DNA of 64,000 bases from Malacoraja senta. Lineage: Eukaryota. The notes below the pieces were generated by a model. It was not told the origin of the DNA. It ran no database searches and was given only the letters and a program-made list of their open reading frames with translations. The DNA is taken from positions 3,534,001 to 3,598,000 of the forward strand of contig CM075991.1 in the NCBI GenBank assembly GCA_038087875.1. The letters are read 5' to 3'. Positions 1 through 10,739 of the stretch are shown piece by piece; the first letter of the stretch is position 1; every line of letters starts with the position of its first letter. Position numbers and translations under genes: made by a program.

Positions 1-3000
1 CCTGAAGTGGCATCCTGCTTGATTTTTTGCAGACTCCGACCTATGAGGCAAAATGGTGGGAAAATATATTAAAAACATACCACCCCAATGTAGCGAGAAA
101 GCATCAATTGCAACTGCCCCCTGGTCTGGTTCCCATGAAACATATTTAGGCAGCTGGTGGTTAAACCTCGATGCAAAACAAATCGATATCTGGCATTCAT
201 ATATAAGTACTATATTATTGAACACCTCCTGGTTCAACATCCAATCTGTGTTGTCATGGAACTTTTGTGACCTGGCGTCTGCTACTATGTTGAATCTACC
301 TGGTGGATAAATAGCTGAAAGCCAAATATCTTTATCAATACACCAGGCCCAAATTTGATTAGCCAATCTGTCACAAGATACCGACTTGATTCCACCCATG
401 TGATTAATATATATGCTACTGCCGTAGTATTGTCAATCTGAAACTGAACATGCAGGTTACCTTTGTTAGAGCAATAAGCCTTATCCATAAAAAGCTCCTA
501 AACGCTCTAAATAGTTAATTCCCCATGTCTGTAGAAGCGATGCATCTTGCTCAGTCCATCTGCCTCCACAGCTGAAACTCGTATCCGTGGCACCCCACCC
601 GGGTGCACTGACATTCATCTGCAAAATCATGGAAGGCTGCTCAAGCACTACTTTGCTCGAACTAGTGGACACATGCTGAATCCACCATTGCAAATCAGAA
701 ACAGCCTCTGCTGATAACTGCATGGGTCTATTATAATGACCCGAATGTATCCTTAGTGCCTCCATTAGCTTGATACAGCTGTCAATTAGCTCTACCCTTT
801 CTTCCTGGGCAGAGTCACTACCATTGAATCAATTGTGACCCAAATAGTCAGGTGTTAATTTGGATTTCTATGGATGAATAATGTCCAATCTTTGAAAAAT
901 GGATTTAACAACTACCACCGGTTACTTCAGCTGTTCTCTTGGATACCCCTGTAATCAAGATATCATCGAGGTAAGCCATGAGCACCTGACCCTGGCCTCT
1001 CAGCATGCATAGTATATATTTTAACAATTTTGTGCCATAGTTGATCCATCCAGGTGAATTTCAAATATCTTCTATCCTGCAAATGAACAGACACTGAGTA
1101 ATATGTATCTTTAAGCTCTATAGTTGCCATATAGCATCCACTGGACCCAGTTGCTTGACAGTGACAAATGTTTCCATCTTAAAATGTCTATATTGCATCT
1201 CCCATCCTTTTTTGGCCTGGGAAAAAATATTAGACACAAATTGATGGGGTAGGTGAACCGACTTTCCAATTACACCTTTCAAGCGCAGCCTGAACCTTCA
1301 TCTGTTCTGTTAATGAAAACTGAAAAGTTCTCCCAGGAACATGCTGAATGTGCAAATCACAATTTGGATTGAACTCCATTCGAAATCCTTGAATAACACT
1401 CAGTTTCAACAGATCTGAGGTAATTTTCTTCCATTCATCCCGGAACAGATGTAATGTACCCCCAGATTTTAGTTGTGTCACATTTGATATGTTCACCTGA
1501 GAACCAGTCCCACCTACCTCCTTGGTACCTGGTGGATCCCGTTGTCCCCGACCCCTGGCGGGAAGCCCCACGTATGACCGTGTTCCCGCTGCAGAATGCC
1601 ACCTGCGCATCTGCATTGCCGGCCGACTTGTTCCTGGTCCAGACCAATCTGTCCCTCGTTTGCAGGGGTACTTTCTTTTTTGGAAACTTGCCGACCGCCA
1701 GTGGCTTGATCAAGCCCACCGTCTTTGCCTCGTCATCCATCTACTTGACACGCTTGGCGAGGTCCTCTCCGAAGAGTATGTTGGCCGGCTGTATGTTGCT
1801 GGGCTGGCAGAGTACTGCAAACTTGGGATTAATGGTGGGTTGAATGGAACTTTCCCTGAGACAATTTATCTAAAAATGGGCACTACAAAGCAACCCTAGT
1901 ACCTCTTGCTGCGTCTCCGACAGATGCCCGCCATCCACCGTTCTAGCGAACGCCGTGATTCCTGAGCCAAGTAGTTTCAGGATTCTCTGCAGCTTCATCT
2001 CCTGGGCACTGCATGCCCACGCCCATCTGGGTCCATATCACCAGGTTCACTGCTGGCACCTTCAGCAACACGCAGTTCCCCGGGTCTCCTGTTTCTTGGC
2101 GGTTCCAGACTCTGACGGGACAGTGAATCGTGCTGCCAGAGATAAGATCTCTGACAACGGCCGTCTTCGCTAGGCTCGAACTCACCGTCAGAGTCGGGGT
2201 CAGAACTCAGCTGACCCTCTGCAGTAGCCTTTTCAATGAGGGTGCTATCAAGCAGCCCTCTATATCGTGGAGGCCAGCTCATCTCCCAGTGGCTCTCCAT
2301 ACTCTGACGGGACAGCGAATCGTGCTACCAGAAATGGGACCTCTGCCATCGGCCGTTCTTCGCTAGGTTGGAAGTCACCGTCAGAGTCGAGGTCAGAACT
2401 TAGCTGACCCTCTGCACTCACCTCATCCATGAGGGTGCTATCAAGCAGCCCTCTACCAGGTGCTGCCGGCGCGGCCTCTTCTGCAGCCTGCCGCCCACAC
2501 GACTCCTCCCCCCGGAGTGTGCGTTGCTGGAGCAACCTCTGTATGAGGTGCTCCATTTGGGATAACCATTTAAAAACGGTATCCAGCCCCGTACGGGACT
2601 CGCCGCGGCCCGACTCAGTTGAGTCCGAGGGCCTCGCAGACTTTTCCGTGGCCTTACGCCCGACTGACGTTGGCTCTGTGCTTTGTAGCACCAAGTCTGC
2701 AGTCGCTCCGCTCCCGGTCGGCGACTGTGCAGGGGTACGAGGCAGCTGCTCACAGACCACATTCCCGCGGCTCACCTTTGCTTTACCTGCGGCTCGCCTC
2801 CCCCTGGTCGTCTTCACCATGCTGCTCCTGGAAAAAAAAAAAAAAGCACGGCACCACAGCAAAACAACTTCTCACTCCAGCTAAGTTTTCCCACAGCTGG
2901 AGTTTTTAAAACTACTTTAAAACTACTTACCACAGGAGAAGCTCTGACCTCCCGCTGGTCCGTGCGCCAATGTGTCAGACGTAATGACGCGCATGCGCTC

Positions 3001-3047
3001 TGGCGGGACTTCTTCACGGAATCACTCACATGACTCCGAAGTAAAAT
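1..3047 (-). mobile_element. DIRS-type (tyrosine-recombinase) retrotransposon, decayed, truncated by window start
   Basis: Minus-strand order: gag-like ORF pieces (~2860-1450); RT start GGTLHLFRDEWKKITSD; MAYLDDI (YLDD at 962-973); RNase H-like LSAEAVSDLQWW...GWGA...IDNTTAVAYI; Dam-like MTase motif PDIDLFASRFNHQLPKYVSW...DAF (~70-193). This is the DIRS domain order. Frameshifts and stops are present; the recombinase would lie left of position 1. Confidence 0.88.
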
Positions 3048-5094
3048 CCATATCCCTCTATTCCTTGCACTTACATGTGCCTGTTTATAAGCCTCTTATC
3101 TATCGTATCTGCCTCCACCACCACCCCTGGCAATGCGTTCCATGACCCCACCGCACTCTGTGTAAAAAAAATATCCTTTATATTTTTTAAAAATCTGCAG
3201 AAGGTTCATTAAGTATGTAGCACGGAACTTTCAAGTCAACACTCCCATAGTAGATTATTTTATTCCAATTACCTAACATGACAACATCATCAGTTATCAT
3301 TCATGAACAACCTTAGGACAAATGTTTCACCAATATAGATTTAAGTCTGTTTATGTGCACTGGGCAGGGTTGACCTGAACTGTGGGCTCTCTCCAAAGGG
3401 CTCAGGTAATGGGGGCACCAGCTTTAACATGTCCTTAGCAGTCCTGGCCTGGCCCCTTTAGGATGCTGGTTTGTCAAACTCATTACGTTGGCACTCTAGG
3501 CGGCCTCATAAGGTCATAGGTGATAGGAGCAGAATTAGGCCATTTGGCCTATCAAGTCTCCTCCGCCATTCAATCATGGCTGATCTATCTCTCCCTCCTG
3601 ACACCATTCTCCTGCCTTCATGAACCGCATTTTATGCAGGGGTTATGTTCCTCAAAAGGAGCGTGTAATTCAAAAACTCATAAATTAAAAATATAACTCT
3701 AAACATGAGTAACCTCGAGTGCAATATTTCAAAAAAGGAGCACGTGAATTATATTTTGCTGTTAATTAAACAAGCACGATATTTCAAAAGCACATTAAAT
3801 AAAATGTGTAAACGGCGAGGTGAGTGTACAAGTATTCTGCTTTATTATACAGTATTTTTACCACAGAGTCGACATCGACCAGCGATCACCCCCGTACTCT
3901 AGCACTATCCTACACACTAGGGACAGGCTAGGGACATGCTAGGGACACGTTAGGGACAATTTACTATTTTTACAGACTGTAATTGACCTACAAACCTTTT
4001 TTCCTTTAGTTTAGTTTAGAGATCCAGCCCGGAAACAGGCCCTTCAGCCCACCGGGTCTGCACCGACCAGCGATCCCCGCACATTAACACCATCCTCCTA
4101 CCCACTATCCTACATACACCAAGCCAATTAATCTACAAACCTGTACGTCTTTGGAGTGTGGGAGGAAACCGAAGATCTCGGAGGTCACGGGGAGAACATA
4201 CAAACTCCGTACAGACAGTGCCCGTGGTCAGGATTGAACCCGTGTCACCGGTGCTGCAAGCGCTGTAAAGCAGCAACTCCGCCGCTGCGCCACCGTGGCC
4301 GACCATTTCTGTCAGGTGACCTCCCAACCTGTACGTCGTTGGAGTGTGGGAGGAAACCGGAGCACCTGGAGAAAACCCACGCGGTCACAGGGAGAACGTA
4401 CAAACTCCGTACGAGTTTCAGAGAATTCAATGTTCTAAAGGAATCAGTCTTTAGAAGGGTCCCGACCCAAATTGTCATCCTATCCATGTACCTCAGAGAT
4501 GCTGCCTGACCTGCTGAGTTACTCCAACATTTTGTGTTTTTCCTTGGTAAACCAGCATCTGTAAATCCTTGTTTCTAGTCAAAGTTCATACCTTTGGGTT
4601 GTAAGCAGCCCCAGCGGAATATGAGGTGCTGTTCCTCCAGTTTGCGTGTGGCCTTATTCTGGCAATGGAGGAGGCCCAGGAAGAAAGGTCAATGAGATGC
4701 CAACACGCCTCACACGTGACAGGGCTGACAGGGCAGGTCAGGTGGATTGGCACATCAGGAATGGAGCCAATCAGAGCTGCTGGGAGTACTGAAGTGACTG
4801 TTGGATGTGGAGAGGATGCTGCCACTAGTTTCCACTAGGGGGAGAGTCGAGGACCAGAGGACACAGCCTCAGGATAAAAGGACGTACCTTTAAAAATAAT
4901 TTCTTTAGCCAGCGGGTGGTGAATCTGTGGAATTCAATTTCTCAGAAGGCTGTGGGGGCCATGTCAATGGATATTTTTAAGGCAGAGATTGACGGCCTCT
5001 TGATTAGCATGGTTGTCATGGGATTTGGGCAGAAGGCAGGAGAATGGGATTGTGAGGGAAAGGTAGATCAGCCATGATTGAATGGCGGAGTCCA

Positions 5095-5985
5095 GGCAAC
5101 ATCCTGGTAAATTTCCTCCCCACCATCGAAGGGATTTACCGGAGTCGCTGCCTCAAAGGCAGCCAGCATCATCAGAGACCCACACCACCCTGGCCACACA
5201 TTCATTTTACCCCTGCCATCGGGAAGAAGGTACAGGAGCCAGAAAACTATAACATCCAGGTTCAGGAGCAGCTTCTTCCCTACAGCCATCAGGCTATTAA
5301 ACATTACAACCTCCAAATAGAATCTGAACTACATAGACTGCGGGACAATTTTTTTTTACTTTGCACTATTATTGTTTGATATTGTCTTTTTTATATATAT
5401 ATATACATTTGTAACTGTCACTGTATGTCATGTTGTTACTTGTGGGCGGAGCACCAAGGCAAATTCCTTGTATGTGAATACTTGGCCAATAAACATACTT
5501 ACTTATTTACTTACTTACTTAATATAATATAATATATATATATATATATGACATATTTGATTGTTTATACCTCACGGTGAATCGGCAAGGCCAGCAGCAT
5601 AATTAGGGATGAGTCGCTCCCTGGCCACTCCTCTCCCCTCTCCCATCGGGCAAAAAGTGTAGAAGTGCGAAAACACACACCTCCAGATTCAGGGGCAGTT
5701 TCTTCCCAGCTGTTATCAGGTAACTGTGCCATCCTACCACAACCAGAGAGCGGTCCTGAACTACAATCTACTGTACCTCATTGGAGACACTTGGACTATC
5801 CTTGATCGGACTTTGCTGGCTTTACCTTGCAGTAAACGTTATCCCCTTATCATGTATCTACACACCGTAAATGGCTTGATTATAATCTTGTATTGTCTTT
5901 CCGCTGACTGGATAGCACGTAACAAAATCTTTTCATTGTACCTCGATACACGTGACGATAAACTAAACTGAAATGAAACTGATAT
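5095..5985 (+). mobile_element. Two Rex1/Babar LINE 3' fragments
   Basis: Encodes ...IIRDPHHPGH...LPSGRRYRS...RFRSSFFP-type C-terminus; tails gaatacttggccaataaa(ctta)n and cacgtgacgataaa(ctaaa/ctgaa)n. Confidence 0.7.
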
Positions 5986-6047
5986 AACAATTAAACACTC
6001 TTGACTCATGATCCAGTCAAATCATACGATGCATCAGTACATTTGAC

Positions 6048-6465
6048 AGCACTGGGCCTGTACTCGCTGGAGTTTAGAAAGTTGAAGGGGGGACCTCATT
6101 AAAACGTACAGAATAATGAAAGGCATAGAGAAAGTGGATGTGGAGAGGATGTTTCCACTGGTGGGAGAGTTTAGGACCAGAGGTCACAGCCTCAGAATTA
6201 AAGGGCACTCTTTTAGAAAGGAGGTGAGGAGGAACTTCTTTCCTCAGGGGGTAGTTAATCTGTGGAACTCATTGCCACAGAGGGCTATGGAGGCCAAGTC
6301 AGTGGAAATTTTTAAGGCACAGATAGACAAATTCTTGATTAGAACGGGTGTCAAGGGTTATGGGGAGAAGGCAGGAAAATGGGATTAGGAGACGGAGATC
6401 AGCCATGATTGAATGGCGGAGTAGACTCAATGGGCCGAATGGCCTAATTCTACTCCTATATCTTG
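6048..6465 (+). mobile_element. CR1 LINE 3' fragment
   Basis: MKGIEKVDVERMFPLVGEFRTRGHSLRIKG...VVNLWNSLP C-terminus plus the CR1 3' UTR (gggccgaatggcct). Confidence 0.88.
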
Positions 6466-7507
6466 TGAACATCGGTAAACAATTCATTAGCACTTGAAGA
6501 TCGATTTATCTGCAGAGTTGCCCACAGCCATTTCCCAAAGATATGCCTGGACAATCTGTATAGGGACTGACCTTGTATTTAGCAAGGCATTTCGCCAAGT
6601 TACACCATATATGAAAATATAGCACGTGACAATGAGCAAATTAAAAGCACTATTGTTGCGACACCTGGTGGTGACTTTGGGTAGTCAAACCCTCAGATCG
6701 GCTGCGTGATCACGTGGGCGCGGGGGGCGATATTCGCGTGCTTTTTACCAAGTTGTAGCCGTCTAGCGCCACACTTGTGGAAGTAGCATTAAGTTTTTGG
6801 TTGTCTCACCGACCTGAGTTTATTCGTTGTTTTCCGTTGCAAAATAAAACAATTTAAATCCACTCACTGTCTCGACTCGCCAAACTATAATATAAAGTAG
6901 AATACTTGTACATGCACCTTGCGTTTTTACATATTTGATTTATGCTCTTTTGAAATATCGTGCTTGTTGATTAACAGCAAAACCTAATTTACGCGCTGTA
7001 TTTTTGAAATAGCGCACTCAAGATTAAACTTCAAATATTTGGTTTTATATTTTTAATTTATGCATTTTTTAATCACGTGTTACTTTTCAGGAATGTAATC
7101 CTTGCATGAAATGCAAACTGCAATAAAGCAAATGGTCCATATTTTATGTTTGCTTTATGCTGCAGCAAATATAAAGAGCAAGCGAGCATTTTTGATAAAA
7201 TTCTATTGTTCAAGTTCAAGTGAGTTTATTGTCATGTGTCCCTGATAGGACAATGAAATTCTTGCTTTGCTTCAACACAACAGAACATAGTAGGCATTGA
7301 CTACAAGGCATTCTATAAATATATACACACATGAATCAATATACTGATAAAGTGCAAATAACAGTATTGGCTAATAAAGTTCAGTGTTATGTCCGAGCCA
7401 GGTTTAATAGCCTGATGGCTGTGAGGAAGTAGCTATTCCAGTACTGTAGTATTGTGTGTTGCATAATATTGTTGGGGTGTCTATAAGAGTTTCTGGCCCC
7501 CTTTGTG

Positions 7508-7930
7508 TGGCATGGTGGCGCAGCGGTAGAGCTGCCCTCTTACAGCGCCCAAGACCCGGGTTCGATCCTCACTACGGGTGCTGTCTGTATGGAGTTTGCC
7601 CTTTCTCCCTGTGACCACGTGGGTTTTCTCCGGGTGCTCCGGTTTCCCCCCACACTCCAAAGACGTACAGATTTGTAAGTTAATTGGCTTCGGTAAGTTG
7701 TAAAATTCTCCCTAGTTTGTGCAGGATAGTTTAGTTTAGTTTAGAGATACAGCGCGGAAGCAGGCCCTTCGGCCCATCGGGTCTGCGCCGACCAACGATC
7801 CCAACACACTAACACTATCCTACACACACTAGGGACAATTTACAATTTTAGTGCTAGTGTATGAGGTGATCGCAGGTCGGGGTGGACTCGGTGAGCCAAA
7901 GGGCCCATTTCCGCGACGTATCTCTAAAAT
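7508..7930 (+). mobile_element. tRNA-derived V-SINE (HE1-like) with a nested inverted SINE tail
   Basis: A box tggcgcagcgg, B box ggttcgatcct, central domain ggagtttg...ctccgggtgctccggtttcc...ccaaagac, CR1-like tail. Confidence 0.85.
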
Positions 7931-8635
7931 CTACAGTCGGAAGGGTGGCAACATTTTCATTACAGTCCAGGTGCTGCAATAATCAAATACAGTCTGTCTG
8001 TAGTAATGAAGCATGTGAAGATACCTTTCGCCAAGTCCGAGTATCAACACTAACAGACGGATGTTGAAATGGCTGTCGTCTTTTCTTGAGCCATCTCAGT
8101 GCCAACACTGCTGCCACTGACTACATTTAATGAGGGATTGAAATGTTATTTTTATTGTTTCAAAGAGGCCAACGTCTTTTTCCACTCAACAGAACGAGAG
8201 AGGAAACGATTCCAACAACAAGTTTGACCTGGTCAGCAATCCCTCCACAAACTAAGGTAAGAATCTCATTTCATTTTCCATTCCCATATCAGCTATCTTT
8301 GCAGGGTGCTGAGTTACTCTGCTATTTTAAATTTTGACAGCTACATTCACATGGATATAAGTGCTACGGTATCACTGAAAGTTTTATGCTGGTCTGGTGC
8401 CAAACTTTAATTGATCTCACAGTTGTAAAAGCATCCAATATTTGTAGTGTGTGTGTCGCCAACCATACACACAGCATTGGTACAATTGGTTGGAGTTGAA
8501 TGCATTGCCTTGACAGTTCTGCTTAACTGCTGTTGGAAGACTGAATCGTACTTTCAATAGAAAATACACAGTTGGTTAATTAAGATGATTGCAAATTCAG
8601 TGATGGAAACTGAACACGTTTGTCTGACATGTTTA

Positions 8636-9357
8636 AGAAAGAACTGCAGATGCTGGAAAAATATAAGGTAGACAAAAAATGCTGGAGAAACTCAGCGGGT
8701 GAAACTGCAACGTCACCCCTCCATGTTTTCCAAGGATGGGGCCTGAGTTGCTCCATCACCTTGTGTCCTATTTGGTAAACCAGCATCTCTGGGCACTGAG
8801 AACAATCCCTTCCAGGGAGCGGGGAGGGCAGGAGAACGACAGAAACAACTTGAAAGAATATTCCTCCAACCCCATCTATTGCATGCGCTGCTCTAGATGT
8901 CAGCTGCTCTACATCGGTGAGACCAAGCACAGGCTTGGCGATCGCTTGGCCCAACACCTCCGCTCGGTTCGCAACAACCAACCTGATCTCCCGGTGGCTC
9001 AGCATTTCAACTCCCCCTCCCATTCCGAATCTGACCTTTCTGTCCTGGGCCTCCTCCATGGCCAGAGTGAGGCCCACCGTAAAGAGGAGGAGCAGCGCCT
9101 CATATTTCACTTGGGCAGTTTGCACCCCAGCGGTATGAACATTGACCTCTAATTTCAGGTAGTCCTTGCTTTCTCCTCCCCTTCTCAGCTACCCCTCAGC
9201 CCACTGGCTCCACCTCTTCCTTTCTTCTCCCTGCCCTCCCGCCCACACCCTCACATCAGTCTGAAGAAGGGTCTCGACCCGAAACATTGCCTATTTCCTT
9301 CGCTCCATAGATGCTGCCTCACTCGCTGAGTTTCTCCAGCATTTTTGTCTACCTTTG
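8636..9357 (+). mobile_element. Penelope-like element 3' remnant (GIY-YIG endonuclease, pseudo-LTR, inverted pseudo-LTR piece)
   Basis: IYCMRCSRCQLLYIGETKHRLGDRLAQH...VAQHFNSPSH...LIFHLGSLHPSGMN (~8860-9152) is a Penelope GIY-YIG domain with CxxC. Hammerhead-like motif at 9261-9290; 8660-8702 is inverted relative to 9318-9357. Confidence 0.9.
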
Positions 9358-10144
9358 AAAGAATAATCAATGCACAGAGTCTTTTACCCAGGTTAGGGGA
9401 ATCAAGAACTAGAGGACATAGGTTTAAGGTGAGAAGGACTAGAGTTAACAGGTAACTTGAGGGGCAACTTTTTCACTCAGTGTTTGGCGCATGGAATAAA
9501 CTGCACTCCCTCAGTCCCTCAGGCAGTAGTCGAGGCAGGGACTATGACGACATCTTGGATAGAGTGGGTGGAGAGGATGTTTCCACTGGTGGGAGAGTCT
9601 AGGACTAGAGGTCATAAAGGACATTCTTTTGGGAAGGAGTAGAGGAGAAAGTTCTTTAGCCAGAGGGCGGTGAATCTGTGGAATTCTTTGCCACAGAAGG
9701 CTGTGGAGGCTAAGTCAGTGGATATTTTTAAGGCATAGATAGATTCTTGATTAGTACAGTTGTCAGAGTTATGGGGAGAAGGCAGGAGAATGAATGGAGT
9801 TAGGAGGGAGAGACAGATCAGCCATGATTGAGTGGTGGGGTAGACTTGATGGGCTGAATGGCCTAATTCTACTCCTATCACTTATGACCTTATGACCTTA
9901 AAAGACATTTGGGCAGGTACATGGATCGGAAAAGTTTAGAGTGATATGGGCCAAGCACAGGCAGATGGGACCCGTGTAGATGGGGTGTCTTGTTCAGCAT
10001 GGGCAAGATGGGTTGAAGGATTTGTGTCCACACTGTATGACTCGATGACAAGGCTGTATCGTGCTGCCCAACAGCTGGAGAACAGCTGTACGGAACATTC
10101 CACCTGGGCCTACCTGATCTCCCAGTTGCCAAACACTTTAATTC

Positions 10145-10720
10145 TCCTGTGCAGGAAGGAACTGCAGACGCTGGTTTAAATCAAAGATAGACGTAAAATG
10201 CTGGAGTAACTCAGCGGGACAGGCAGCATTTCTGGAGAGAAGGAATCGGTGACTTTTCAGGTGGAGACCCTTCTTCCTCTTGCCATTCCCAAACTGACCT
10301 TTCTGTCCTGGGCCTCCTCCACTGTCAGAGTGAGGCCCAGTGCAAATTGGAGGAACAGCATCTCATATTTTGCTTGGGTAGCTTACACCCCAGCGGTAAG
10401 AGCATTGATTTCTTTAACTCTCTCTCTCCGTCCCTCTCCCAACCTAGTCATTGTCTAAGGTTCAAAGTCATCCTGGTGAGTCTCATTGTCTGTAATTCAT
10501 TCTCACCTAGCACACAGCTAACAATGGCCTGTTTCCTTCATCATCGTAACTTTTTTGCATGTCTTTCATTAATTTGTTCTATATCTCTCTCTATCACCGT
10601 CGAAATCGCACGCTTCACTTTCTCAGTCCAAAGAAGGGTCTCGACCCGAAACGTCACCTGTTCCTTCTCTCTAGAGATGCTGCCTGTCCCGCTGAGTGAC
10701 TCCAGCTTTTTTGTGTCCAG
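10145..10720 (+). mobile_element. Penelope-like fragment with inverted pseudo-LTR
   Basis: EEQHLIFCLGSLHPSG C-terminus followed by the pseudo-LTR; inverted pseudo-LTR copy at 10148-10277. Confidence 0.8.
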
Positions 10721-10739
10721 TCATAAGGAACAGCTGGAT

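Larger units (their letters stand above)
3625..7114. mobile_element. Old Tc1/mariner (Tigger/pogo-like) non-autonomous element with ~230-bp terminal inverted repeats, filled by younger insertions
   Basis: 3625-3852 and 6885-7114 are diverged reverse complements (e.g. aacaagcacgatatttcaaaag vs cttttgaaatatcgtgcttgtt; gtacaagtattct vs agaatacttgtac). Superfamily is inferred from the terminal sequence style. Confidence 0.6.

Noticed and set aside
1..200. Bacterial or phage methyltransferase (contamination or horizontal transfer)
   Set aside because: It sits in the normal position after RT-RNase H of a DIRS element, in vertebrate repeat context.
7508..7575. tRNA genes
   Set aside because: The tRNA-like heads run directly into SINE central domains and LINE-derived tails; they are SINEs.
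8736..9152. Homing endonuclease or host GIY-YIG gene
   Set aside because: Sequence and downstream pseudo-LTR identify a truncated Penelope element; several other fragments occur in the window.
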